Positions 22,473 to 34,852 of a stretch of 64,000 nt of DNA are shown here, one piece after another. The position numbers and the translations under genes were made by a program. This stretch comes from Guillardia theta CCMP2712 (taxonomy: Eukaryota; Protista; Cryptophyta): contig NW_005434570.1 of assembly GCF_000315625.1 (NCBI RefSeq), positions 73,413 to 137,412 of the forward strand. The letters run 5' to 3'. The stretch's first letter is position 1, and each line of letters opens with the position of its first letter. A model generated the notes under the pieces. It searched no databases, was not told the origin of the DNA, and was given only the letters and a program-made list of their open reading frames with translations.

Positions 22473-22996
22473 ATGCACATGACTTCGACACACCTTCCTG
22501 CTCCTCCCTCCGTCCTCATCCAAGCTCGCCCTCGTGCCTCCGACCAACGCAGGTACATCCGCCTGGACCTCCTCACCATTTCCTCCCTCTTCCACCTCCG
22601 ACAGCTCGAGGCCGCTCGCATCCTGGTAAGATGTCGCTTGCTGAGAGAGAAGGAGAAGCGGAGAGGCGGAGAGGCGGAATGGCGGAGAGGAGAGGACGAG
22701 AGGAGGGCAGGAGCTGACGGGGAGGGCAGGGGATCTCGCTGACGTCGCTGAAGAGCGCGTGCCGGAGGCTGGGGGTCGAGCAATGGCCGTACACGCGGGA
22801 GGCAGTGCAGGAAGCTAAAGGAGTAGCTAGGGAAGAGGAGGGCACGGGGCAGGGATTGACAAGTGAAAAGCAAGGGCAAGACGCGGAGATGGAAGCAGAA
22901 GAAGAGAGGGAGCACAGGTGGATGGATTGGTACCTTTCCTTTCCACTGGAAGAGACCTTAGAGGAAGGGGAAGGGGAGGTTAAGATATCTCCATGA
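22473..22996 (+). CDS. RWP-RK protein A copy 3 (QWP variant, B-type RRYIR patch; intron 22626-22729)
   Basis: CAA at 22781-22783 replaces the CGA Arg codon; frame intact. Confidence 0.85.
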
Positions 22997-24397
22997 GGTA
23001 TTCCCCTATCAATCGGGTTAACTTTCCACGCAAGTAAAGAAGAGGACAAAGAGACATGCTGTAGCTCAATCTGCCACCGTGCGATATCAAGCTTCGTGAT
23101 AGTACAACAGCTGCCTTACAAGCTGCGCAGCCTGCCTATGATCACGAGCTGGAAGCGTCGATCTTCACTCACCCGCAACAAACGACATTGAAGTGTTTGC
23201 ATCCTCAGTTGTGCTGGAGTTCTCCTCTACCTACCTCTCAGCCTGTCAGCCGGTGGTTCCGACTGGCCCGGAGCTTCAAGGCTCCGGACTGAGGTTGCTC
23301 ACAGCAGCAGGAAGATCATCAGCAACAAGGACCGTCCGAAGGGAAGTTAGATGACCAGCACGTATCTACAACCTCCTAGGTACTGGCCAGTGCGACATTT
23401 GGCCTTTGAATGAGACTAGACAGGAAGATAGCTGACAGGTATATGAAGACACTCATCCTTGACTCTACTGAGACATCCGCGAAATCACAAATACAGCTGT
23501 GACTAGTACAGGCTGACCTGTCGGCTGTTCTGTCGTGAATGCTGAGAGATAGTTTCACCCAACACCCACCTGACGATATCCCGGCCTAGCACCTACTGGC
23601 TGACTACTTCCTGGTCAAGACATGATTTGCTGATCCAGACCCTTTCCTTTCCCATGTGTACTCAGTCACTCTTGACATCTCCCTGGGCTCCAGCCCACTG
23701 GGCGCATGCCCTCATGCAGTGAAGCGCATCCGATCAGCTGCGGTGGACTTTGAAGACAGCGGTGCTCGTCAGACCTGAGCAGCCAAGACATTCGTCCGCA
23801 AGTATCTCGGTGGAAGGGTTGACAATCTTCAACCCTTCCACTTGCACTGCGTTGAGGTGTCATTGGATTACTGTCAAGCTAGTTTCCCAAGAGTCCATGC
23901 CCTAGTTGTCCCCATGTTGACGACAGTTGTATATCCTGCCGTCGGCGTTGAGCTCCTATATCAAGGACGCGCGGTCTGTCGTCGGACCGGCAAGACAGCT
24001 GGCCACCCAATCACTTTGATAGCCCAGATGACTTTGCTTCTTCGCATGTACGATACCTGTCTCTGCCATGCTCTACAGGGCAGACGCTGTGGCGTTATGG
24101 CGTTGAGTCAGACCATGTAAGAGTATAGTCTATACTACGAATATTTTACATTCCCAATGCTCCACAGATCGTTCACATCTTGATCATGGGCGTCATTGTG
24201 GTGTGCGTCCCAACTGGGCTTGCGGGGATTGCCCTCAAATCCTTCGCCGTCCCAGTTAGAGGCCTTATCATCCACAGGAAACGACAGATACCAGTCCATC
24301 CATCCTCTCTCTATCTTACTCTCACTCGCTTGCTGCAAACCATATCCTTGCTCGCTCGGAGATGCTCCAAGTGCGGCGACGTCTGGCTCTGATCCTG

Positions 24398-24755
24398 TCA
24401 CGTGTCGCGCAGGCGTTTCAAGGCAAAGAGATCTGTGCGGTCAGGAGATGTTGCATCCCGCGTGTACGGCCATCGCTCGACCCCCAGCCTCCGGCAAGCG
24501 CTCTTCAGCGACGTCAGCGAGATCCCCTGCCCTCCCCGTCAGCTCCTGCCCTCCTCTCCTCTCTGCCTCTCCGCTTCGGAGTCTCAGCAAGCGACATCTT
24601 ACCAGGATGCGAGCGGCCTCGACCTGTCGGAGGTGGAAGAGGGAGGAGATAGTGAGGAGGTCCAGGCGGATGTACCTGCGTTGGTCGGAGGCACGAGGGC
24701 GAGCTTGGATGAGGACGGAGGGTCCTGTAGCGTGAGGAGGCTGTTGTGTCGCCAT
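24398..24755 (-). CDS. RWP-RK protein B copy 3, same frameshift truncation as B2
   Basis: Same 5-nt insertion at ~24420; coordinates offset 3448 from B2. Confidence 0.8.
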
Positions 24756-25808
24756 GGGACCTGTATGCCAGGCTTGAGGGACTGATGGTACTGAGATGGG
24801 GGTTTGGAGACGGCAACGAGCAAGGTAGTGCTCTAGCGAAGCTATCAAGTGGGAGCACTCGCCAAGATTGGAGCGCCACCGTATACAAATCTCAACGTGC
24901 GACTGGGCTCTGATCAGAGCAGGGGCAAACAGACTCTTTATTGACTGAAAAAGAAAAAAGTGTTGAAGTTGAATCGACGCGAGAAGAGCCCTGCTTTACT
25001 ACGCTAGTCGAGGAAAAGCTCTTTACTCAAAGTTAAGTTGAAGATCAGTACGAGGACAGCACTAGTTGAGAGGGGGAATAGCCCTCTGCAGCAAGTCCCG
25101 GAGGCCAGTCTTCCATGTCAGCATACTTGACTGAGTATCTTTACTGCCGGGCTCAATACAGTCACGGCGGCTTCCCTCCGGATCTCCGTCGAGATCGTGA
25201 CAGTGACCGCCAAATGCTCCGACGCGACAGTCGTGAAGTTTTGACTTCTTGCTGTGACAGAGCAGCACAAGCCTTGAAGGCCGCTTTCAGGCTTCAAGTT
25301 CAATTCCAACTTCCGTTGTCACAGCGCCGGGTCGCCGCCCGGCCGGAGTCCGGCGGTGTCAAAGCCTGGCAACCGGGTCATTCAAGCCTTGATTGACCGG
25401 ACCGTCGGCGCCGCGGCCAGGCCCCGGGGCTCGCCGGTGGCCTGACTCGCCGGAACCTGACCCGCCGCCGAGAGACTCTGAGATGACCGGGCCGGGCCGC
25501 CGCCCGGCTGGCCGCGGCCGTTCCCTGCCGCCAAGGTAACCTTGAACTCAGTGACGGTCACCTGCGGTATCATTAAGGGGGCCAGCCAGCTTTGGGCGGC
25601 CATTCCCCCATCAGACTCCAGGCTGAGTGGGCCATTCCTCCATCTGACTGTCAAAAATCAACGGTTCACTGAGTCATGTCGACATGTCATCCTGATGACT
25701 CTAAGAACTATGAACAAACTTCTTTTCGTATCCCCCGAACACGCCCCTCCACTACTGTGGAGTGCTTTTAAAAGACATCTTCAGCTTCGTCCTCCACTGC
25801 TAACGTGT

Positions 25809-26340
25809 ATGCACATGACTTCGACACACCTTCCTGCTCCTCCCTCCGTCCTCATCCAAGCTCGCCCTCGTGCCTCCGACCAACGTGATCAGATCCGCCT
25901 GGACCTCCTCACTATCTCCTCCCTCTTCCACCTCCGACAGCTCGAGGCCGCTCGCATCCTGGTAAGATGTCGCTTGCTGAGAGAGGAGGAGAAGCGGAGA
26001 GGCGGAGAGGCGGAGAGGCGGAGAGGCGGAGAGGCGGAGAGGAAAGGAGGGCAGGAGCTGACGGGGAGGGCAGGGGATCTCGCTGACGTCGCTGAAGAGC
26101 GCGTGCCGGAGGCTGGGGGTCGAGCAATGGCCGTACACGCGGGAGGCAGTGCAGGAAGCTAAAGGAGTAGCTAGGGAAGAGGAGGGCACGGGGCAGGGAT
26201 TGACAAGTGAAAAGCAAGGGCAAGACGCAGAGTTGGAAGCAGAAGAAGAGAGGGAGCACAGGTGGATGGATTGGTACCTGTCCTTTCCACTGGAAGAGAC
26301 CTTAGAGGAAGGGGAAGCGGAGGTTAAGATATCTCCATGA
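25809..26340 (+). CDS. RWP-RK protein A copy 4 (QWP variant; intron 25962-26073)
   Basis: CAA at 26125-26127; frame intact. Confidence 0.85.
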
Positions 26341-27490
26341 GGTATTCCCCTATCAATCGGGTTAACTTTCCACGCAAGTAAAGAAGATGACAAAGAGACA
26401 TGCTGTAGCTCAATCTGCCACCGTGCGATATCAAGCATCGTGATAGTACAACAGCTGCCTTACAAGCTGCGCAGCCTGCCTATGATCACGAGCTGGAAGC
26501 GTCGATCTTCACTCACCCGCAACAAACGACATTGAAGTGTTTGCATCCTCAGTTGTGCTACAGTGCTCCTCTACCTACCTCTCAGCCTGTCAGCCGGTGG
26601 TTCCGACTGGCCCGGAGCTTCAAGGCTCCGGGATGAGATTGCTCATAGCAGCAGGAAGATCATCAGCAACAAGGACCGTCCGGAGGGAAGTTAGATGACC
26701 AGCACGTATCTACAACCTCCTAGGTACTGGCCAGTACGACATTTGGCCTTCGATTGAGACTAGACAGGAAGATAGCTGACAGGTATATGAAGACATTCAT
26801 CCTTGACTCTACTGAGACATCCGCGAAATCACAAATACAGCTGTGACTAGCACAGGCTGACCTGTCGGCTGTTCTGTCGTGAATGCTGAGAGATAGTCTC
26901 ACCCAACACCCACCTGACGATATCCCGGCCTAGCACCTACTGGCTGACTACTTCCTGGTCAAGACATGATTTGCTGATCCAGACCCTTTCCTTTCCCATG
27001 TGTACTCAGTCACTGCAATTTGGTTGTCTTGACATCTCCCTGGGCTCCAGCCCACTGGGCGCATGCCCTCATGCAGTGAAGCGCATCCGATCAGCTGCGG
27101 TGGACTTTGAAGACAGCGATGCTCGTCAGACCCCAGCAGCCAAGACATTCGTCCGCAAGTATCTCGGTGGAAGGGTTGACAATCTTCAACCCTTCCACTT
27201 GCACTGCGTTGAGGTGTCATTGGATTACTGTCAAGCTAGTTTCCCAAGAGTCCATGCCCTAGTTGTCCCCATGTTGACGACAGTTGTATATCCTGCCGTC
27301 GGCGTTGAGCTCCTATATCAAGGACGCGCGGTCTGTCGTCGGACCGGCAAGACAGCTGGCCACCCAATCACTTTGATAGCCCAGATGACTTTGCTTCTTC
27401 GCATGTACGATACCTGTCTCTGCCATGCTCTACAGGGCAGACGCTATGCGTCATGGCGTTGCCTCAGACCATGTAAGAGTAGAGTCTATA

Positions 27491-28102
27491 CTACGAATAT
27501 TTTACATGCCCAATGCTCCACGGATCGTTCACATCTTGATCGTGGGCGTCATTGTGGTGTGCGTCCCAACTGGGCTTGCGGGGATTGCCCTCAAATCCTT
27601 CGCCGTCCCAGCTAGAGGCCTTATCATCCACAGGAAACGACAGATACCAGTCCATCCACCCTCTATCTATCTTACTCTCACTCGCTTGCTGCAAACCATA
27701 TCCTTGCTCGCTCGGAGATGCTCCAAGTGCGGCGACGTCTGGCTCTGATCCTGTCACGTGTCGCGCAGGCGTTTCAAAGAGATCTGTGCGGTCAGGAGAT
27801 GTTGCATCCCGCGTGTACGGCCATCGCTCGACCCCCAGCCTCCGGCACGCGCTCTTCAGCGACGTCAGCGAGATCCCCTGCCCTCCCCGTCAGCTCCTGC
27901 CGTCCTCTCTTCTCTGCCTCTCCGCCTCTCTCAGCAAGCGACATCTTACCAGGATGCGAGCGGCCTCGAGCTGTCGGAGGTGGAAGAGGGAGGAGATGGT
28001 GAGGAGGTCCAGGCGGATGTACCTGCGTTGGTCGGAGGCACGAGGGCGAGCTTGGATGAGGACGGAGGGTCCTGTAGCGTGAGGAGGCTGTTGTGTCGCC
28101 AT
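27491..28102 (-). CDS. RWP-RK protein B copy 4, full length
   Basis: Exon 2 starts at 27877, in frame with ORF 27491-27757. Confidence 0.88.
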
Positions 28103-29220
28103 TGGCCCTGTATGCTTGAGGGACTGATGGTACTGAGATGGGGGTTTGGAGACGGCAACGAGCAAGGTAGTGCTCTGGTGGAGCTATCAAGTGGGAGCAC
28201 TTGCCAAGATTGGAGCGCCACCGTATACAAATCTCAACGTGCGACTGGGCTCTGATCAGAGCAGGGGCAAACATACTCTTTATTGACTGAAAAAGAAAAA
28301 AGTGTTGAGGTTGAATCGATGCGAGAAGAGCCCTGCTTTACTACGCTAGTCGAGGAAAAGCTCTTTACTCAAAGTTAAGTTAAAGATCAGTACGAGGACA
28401 GCACTAGTTGAGAGGGGGAATAGCCCTCTGCAGCAAGTCCCGGAGGCCAGTCTTCCATGTCAGCATACTTGACTGAGTATCTTTACTGCCGCGGGCTCAA
28501 TACAGTCATCACGATCTCGACGGAGATCCGGAGGGAAGCCGCCGTGAGAGCGGCCTTCAAGGCTTGTGCTGCTCTCAGGCTGTCACAGGCTTCAAGTTCA
28601 ATGCCAACTTCCGTTGTCACAGCGCCGGGTCGCCGCCCGGCCGGAGTCCGGCGTGTCAGACTAGCCTGGCAACCGGGTCATTCAAGCCTTGATTGACCGG
28701 ACCGTACGGTCGGCGCCGCCAGGCCCCGGGGCTTGCCGGTGCCTCACGGCGGTGGGCCACATTGAAACGCCCGGCCGCCGGTCCGATCAGGGTCGGCCCG
28801 GACTCCGGGACTCAGCCTTAGGCTTGAAAGACCCGGATCAGGATAGACAGCCTGACTCGCCGGAACCTCGGACCCGCCGCCGAGAGACTCTGAGATGACC
28901 GGGCCGGGCCGCCGCCCGGCTGGCCGCGGCCGTTCCCTGCCGCCAAGGTAACCTTGAACTCAGTGACGGTCACCTGCGGTATCATTAAGGGGGCCAGCCA
29001 GCTTTGGGCGGCCATTCCCCCATCAGACTCCAGGCTGAGTGGGCCATTCCTCCATCTGACTGTCAAAAATCAACGGTTCACTGAGTCATGTCGACATGTC
29101 ATCCTGATGACTCTAAGAACTATGAACAAACTTCTTTTCGTATCCCCCGAACACGCCCCTCCACTACTGTGGAGTGCTTTTAAAAGACATCTTCAGCTTC
29201 GTCCTCCACTGCTAACGTGT

Positions 29221-29752
29221 ATGCACATGACTTCGACACACCTTCCTGCTCCTCCCTCCGTCCTCATCCAAGCTCGCCCTCGTGCCTCCGACCAACGTGA
29301 TCAGATCCGCCTGGACCTCCTCACTATCTCCTCCCTCTTCCACCTCCGACAGCTCGAGGCCGCTCGCATCCTGGTAAGATGTCGCTTGCTGAGAGAGGAG
29401 GAGAAGCGGAGAGGCGGAAAGGCGGAGAGGCAGAGAGGCGGAGAGGAGAGGACGAGAGGAGGGCAGGAGCTGACGGGGAGGGCAGGGGATCTCGCTGACG
29501 TCGCTGAAGAGCGCGTGCCGGAGGCTGGGGGTCGAGCGATGGCCGTACACGCGGGAGGCAGTGCAGGAAGCTAAAGGAGTAGCTAGGGAAGAGGAGGGCA
29601 CGGGGCAGGGATTGACAAGTGAAAAGCAAGGGCAAGACGCAGAGTTGGAAGCAGAAGAAGAGAGGGAGCACAGGTGGATGGATTGGTACCTTTCCTTTCC
29701 ACTGGAAGAGACCTTAGAGGAAGGGGAAGCGGAGGTTAAGATATCTCCATGA
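29221..29752 (+). CDS. RWP-RK protein A copy 5 (intron 29374-29485)
   Basis: Intact RWP, frame checked. Confidence 0.88.
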
Positions 29753-30902
29753 AGCATTCCCCTATCAATCGGGTTAACTTTCCACGCAAGTAAAGAAGAT
29801 GACAAAGAGACATGCTGTAGCTCAATCTGCCACCGTGCGATATCAAGCATCGTGATAGTACAACAGCTGCCTTACAAGCTGCGCAGCCTGCCTATGATCA
29901 CGAGCTGGAAGCGTCGATCTTCACTCACCCGCAACAAACGACATTGAAGTGTTTGCATCCTCAGTTGTGCTACAGTGCTCCTCTACCTACCTCTCAGCCT
30001 GTCAGCCGGTGGTTCCGACTGGCCCGGAGCTTCAAGGCTCCGGGATGAGATTGCTCATAGCAGCAGGAAGATCATCAGCAACAAGGACCGTCCGGAGGGA
30101 AGTTAGATGACCAGCACGTATCTACAACCTCCTAGGTACTGGCCAGTACGACATTTGGCCTTCGATTGAGACTAGACAGGAAGATAGCTGACAGATGTCT
30201 GAAGACATTCATCCTTGACTCTACTGAGACATCCGCGAAATCACAAATACAGCTGTGACTAGCACAGGCTGACCTGTCGGCTGTTCTGTCGTGAATGCTG
30301 AGAGATAGTTTCACACAACACCCACCTGACGATATCCCGGCCTAGCACCTACTGGCTGACTACTTCCTGGTCAAGACATGATTTGCTGATCCAGACCCTT
30401 TCCTTTCCCATGTGTACTCAGTCACTGCAATTTGGTTGTCTTGACATCTCCCTGGGCTCCAGCCCACTGGGCGCATGCCCTCATGCAGTGAAGCGCATCC
30501 GATCAGCTGCGGTGGACTTTGAAGACAGCGATGCTCGTCAGACCCCAGCAGCCAAGACATTCGTCCGCAAGTATCTCGGTGGAAGGGTTGACAATCTTCA
30601 ACCCTTCCACTTGCACTGCGTTGAGGTGTCATTGGATTACTGTCAAGCTAGTTTCCCAAGAGTCCATGCCCTAGTTGTCCCCATGTTGACGACAGTTGTA
30701 TATCCTGCCGTCGGCGTTGAGCTCCTATACCAAGGACGCGCGGTCTGTCGTCGGACCGGCAAGACAGCTGGCCACCCAATCACTTTGATAGCCCAGATGA
30801 CTTTGCTTCTTCGCATGTACGATACCTGTCTCTGCCATGCTCTACAGGGCAGACGCTGTGCGTTATTGTGTTGTCTCAGACCATGTAAGAGTAGAGTCTA
30901 TA

Positions 30903-31514
30903 CTACGAATATTTTACATGCCCAATGCTCCACAGATCGTTCACATCTTGATCATGGGCGTCATTGTGGTGTGCGTCCCAACTGGGCTTGCGGGGATTGC
31001 CCTCAAATCCTTCGCCGTCCCAGCTAGAGGCCTTATCATCCACAGGAAACGACAGATACCAGTCCATCCATCCTCTATCTATCTTACTCTCACTCGCTTG
31101 CTGCAAACCATATCCTTGCTCGCTCGGAGATGCTCCAAGTGCGGCGACGTCTGGCTCTGATCCTGTCACGTGTCGCGCAGGCGTTTCAAAGAGATCTGTG
31201 CGGTCAGGAGATGTTGCATCCCGCGTGTACGGCCATCGCTCGACCCCCAGCCTCCGGCACGCGCTCTTCAGCGACGTCAGCGAGATCCCCTGCCCTCCCC
31301 GTCAGCTCCTGCCCTCCTCTCTTCTCTGCCTCTCCGCCTCTCTCAGCAAGCGACATCTTACCAGGATGCGAGCGGCCTCGACCTGTCGGAGGTGGAAGAG
31401 GGAGGAGATAGTGAGGAGGTCCAGGCGGATGTACCTGCGTTGGTCGGAGGCACGAGGGCGAGCTTGGATGAGGACGGAGGGTCCTGTAGCGTGAGGAGGC
31501 TGTTGTGTCGCCAT
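30903..31514 (-). CDS. RWP-RK protein B copy 5, full length
   Basis: Offset 3412 from B4, no frameshift. Confidence 0.88.
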
Positions 31515-32776
31515 GGAACCTGTATGCTTGAGGGGCTGATGGTACTGAGATGGGGGTTTGGAGACGGCAACGAGCAAAGAAGTGCTCTGGCGAAGCTATC
31601 AAGTGGGAGCACTTGCCAAGAACGGAGCGCCACCGTATACAAATCTCAACGTGCGACTGGGTTCTGATCGGAGCAGGGGCAAAATGTGGCCGTTAAAGTT
31701 GAATCGATGCGAGAAGAGCCCTGCTAAGTTACTACACGAGTCACTGAGTCGAGGAACAGCACTAGTTGAGAGGGGGAATAGCCCTCTGCAGCAAGTCCCG
31801 GAGGCCAGTCTTCCATGTCAGCATACGTAGTATCTTTACTGCCGGGCTCAATACAGTCACGGCGGCTTCCCTCCGGATCTCCGTCGAGATCGTGACAGTG
31901 ACCGCCAAATGCTCCGACGCAACAGTCGTAAAGTTTTGACTTCTTGCTGTGACCTTTACTCAAAATTAAGGAGGCTGAGTTGAGGAGGCTTGACCCTGAC
32001 ACTGTCGCACAGGCCACACTTGCGAGGCCCGGCTGAGGCCGAGAGGCGGCCCGGGCCCATCCGGGAGTCCACAGGCTGACTCGGCCGCCGCCGCTACCGT
32101 CACACATTTCCTTGTTCCCCGTGCGATCCGCCAGCTAAGTGACAAAACTTGAAAAGCCCAACGCATCATCGGGCCGGGCCTGCAAGAGTTTATCACTGCT
32201 GGCGATGATCGGATACTACGGAACAAGCATTCAGGATGTTTGGCCGCATCGGATGATGCCAGGGGAAGAAGCACTGCCAGGCTTCCGTGGCAGCTGGCAC
32301 TCCCGAGTCCCGGTCCGCACCCCGGGGCTAGATTCTTACTGCCATTTCGGAAACCGCCCCGGCCCGGGCCCCCCCCGCCCCCCCCGCCCCTGCCACGGGA
32401 CTCCGGGACCCGGTGACCGTTAGATGGGCCCGGCCGGCCGTCCGCCGGCCCGATCAGGGCCTGGCACTGAGGCCCACTCCCGCGCGGGCCGCGCCGACTT
32501 CCTGACGTACGGTACACGGCGTACTAGTGCGTACGGTACACGGCGTACTAGTGGGGCTCGCTCGCCTCAGGGCCCGCGGGCCCTGGGCTGGCCCTGGGCC
32601 GCCCTGCGGGGCCCGGCCCCCCCAGCGGCCGGGCTGAAGGGCCTCAGCTCAGTGCGGCGGCCCGGCCGGCCGCAGTGAAACTAATGCCAGGCAGCACCGT
32701 GACAAATTAGCGGCTAGACGGGGCCATCAAGTCAAAGTGAAGTGTAGCGGCATGTTGGGGCCATGAACCTATCGCC

Positions 32777-34830
32777 ATGGCTCGAGAGAAGGCGCTTGCT
32801 CCTGCCACGAGTACCATGAGCCAGGAATCGAAGGTTGACAGGGTTGCCACAACGACAGAAGTTCGGGTGGTGGAGGAGGAAGTGGACGAGACTGGAGTGA
32901 CGATCCGAATTTCGAGGAGGGGAGACGTGGAGTTGGATGAAACCCTGCTAACAGACTCGGACGAGGACAAGGAAAGACGATCGGAAGAAGATGAAAGGTG
33001 GAGCAGGGCGCCATGGCTTCATGGGAGCGCTACCTTGACGCAGTTCGTGAAGCCAACAACCAAGGCAAGAGCCAATCTACAGCCTGCCCCTCCTCCGGAG
33101 CTCAAGGATGTTGAGACCTCAGATGAGCTCGACATCAGCCAGGATCTAGCAGAGCAGGAAGATAGGAACACAAGGCTGCAGCGTCACAGTCGCATCTGGT
33201 CGGTGCAGGATGAGCTGGGATTTCTTGAGGAGCAAGAAAGACCGCCAGCTATCAGCTTCCTCCGACCGTCAACAGCACGCCAGGTTGCGAGTCTGATCTT
33301 GTTTGTGGCCATGTCGATGCTTCTTTCCCTGGCTCTGTTCCTCTCCGCGATCTGGTTCCTGTAAGTTGCTAAGGATTGCTGTAACCTCGCGGACCGTCGG
33401 TAAGGGGATGTGCAGGATCAACCAGAGGGGAGAGGAGAAGTATTCCTTCTTCTGCATAGCGGGCATCTTGATTTCAGTCACGTTCCCACTGATAAGCATC
33501 TCGATGCATTGCCATGTAAGGCATCAAAATTCATCCTCCTCTCCTCATGCTGCCCAACTTCAGGTGATGCAGTGGAAAAGCAGCATGCAGGGTTTCAACC
33601 TGCTGGTCCTCGCCATGGTCCATGTCCATGCGATCTGCTATGACAGAAGTCTCAAGGGTGTCTTGCTCGCAGATTCCAATCTACCACCTCGAGATCATCA
33701 TCGGGACCTTTGTCCCGTCCTTCATTGTACACTTCACCTTCGCCGCACCTTCTCTTGACTTCGCTCTTACAGAGGTTCCTGGAGGTTATCAGCGGCGCGT
33801 GCGAGGCCATCTGCTACGCCTCCTTCCTGTCTCTCACCCTGCCGGCCATGAGAATTCGCTTCTCAGTCCGGGAGAGAAAGAACCATGACATCGAGAGGCT
33901 GCCTTACGACCCCCTGTCCCAGCTGCCCATCGCATGGTATCTTTCTGCGCTGGTACTGGTTGCGTTTCCCCTTCTTACTAGGCTGATCTTGTGTACAGTG
34001 GCCTCTGATCCGACTGGCTTCAGTCCTGTACGCAGCTGTCAAGCAACGAAAGTATGAAATCGTGGTCAGAGCATCCTTTCCGATCGCTTCAAGCTGTGAT
34101 GGTTCTACAGCACCTGCTGCCCATGTTGTCGAGCGTCTGCCTTTTAATCACAACTTTCTCCTTTGTCCTGCAGAACCAACAAGTCCTGCAGCTGCTTCCT
34201 TGCACCGCCAGGGTTGTGCCCAAAGGCGCTTCTTTGCTGGTCAGAAGCTCTCGGGAACGTGACCTTGTTGTTTTGCCTGATGTGAGATCGCCAGGCACTG
34301 ATTCTGCTGAGCTCAATCAACCGAGACGGCCTGTTCACTCTGACACATTTCAAGATGTTCCCTGTTAGCGCAGGGGAGGACGAGGCCACAGGCTGGTCGA
34401 AACGTTACCTGCTCGTCCAATCTGTTGTCTGCCTCGTGACCGGTGGGCCTCTTCCCCCTCCTTCGTTCCCTCGCTCCCTCGCTTCTCCCTCTTGCGCTCC
34501 TCCTTTGCTGACTGAAGGGTGTCCAGTCTATCCCCTCGCGGCTTCCTTCTCCTACATGGACTTCCTGGCACTGGACAGGGTCCCACAGCAACGGCCAAAG
34601 AGAACACAGAGGCAGCGGCTGAGGAGGAGGAGCAGTTTGATTCGATGAGGCAACCATTGGCAATCTTTTCAAAATCTTTCTTGTACACATGTAACATCCT
34701 GATTTCTCAACAAACTGACAGAACATCGCTCTCCTCACATGATAGCGCACATCTCCTAACCGACAACAGCGTACAACAGCTTCTCTGCCTCCTTCTCTTA
34801 CTGCCCGAGCCCCGGCAGCCAGCCCAGTAG
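32777..34830 (+). CDS. Multi-pass membrane protein, TMEM184/Ost-alpha-like (approximate)
   Basis: Acidic N-terminus followed by several hydrophobic exons; FLEVISGACEAICYASFLSL resembles the CYEA..FL motif of the solute-transporter-alpha family. Confidence 0.45.
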
Positions 34831-34852
34831 CACTCAAGACAGTCGGCAGCCG

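Larger units (their letters stand above)
15705..31952. repeat. Tandem array of five 3.0-3.5 kb units, each containing a convergent RWP-RK gene pair
   Basis: Anchor TTAAGGGGGCCAGCCAGC recurs at ~15730, 18761, 22239, 25573 and 28985; units are highly similar by eye; ORF sets repeat. Confidence 0.97.
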
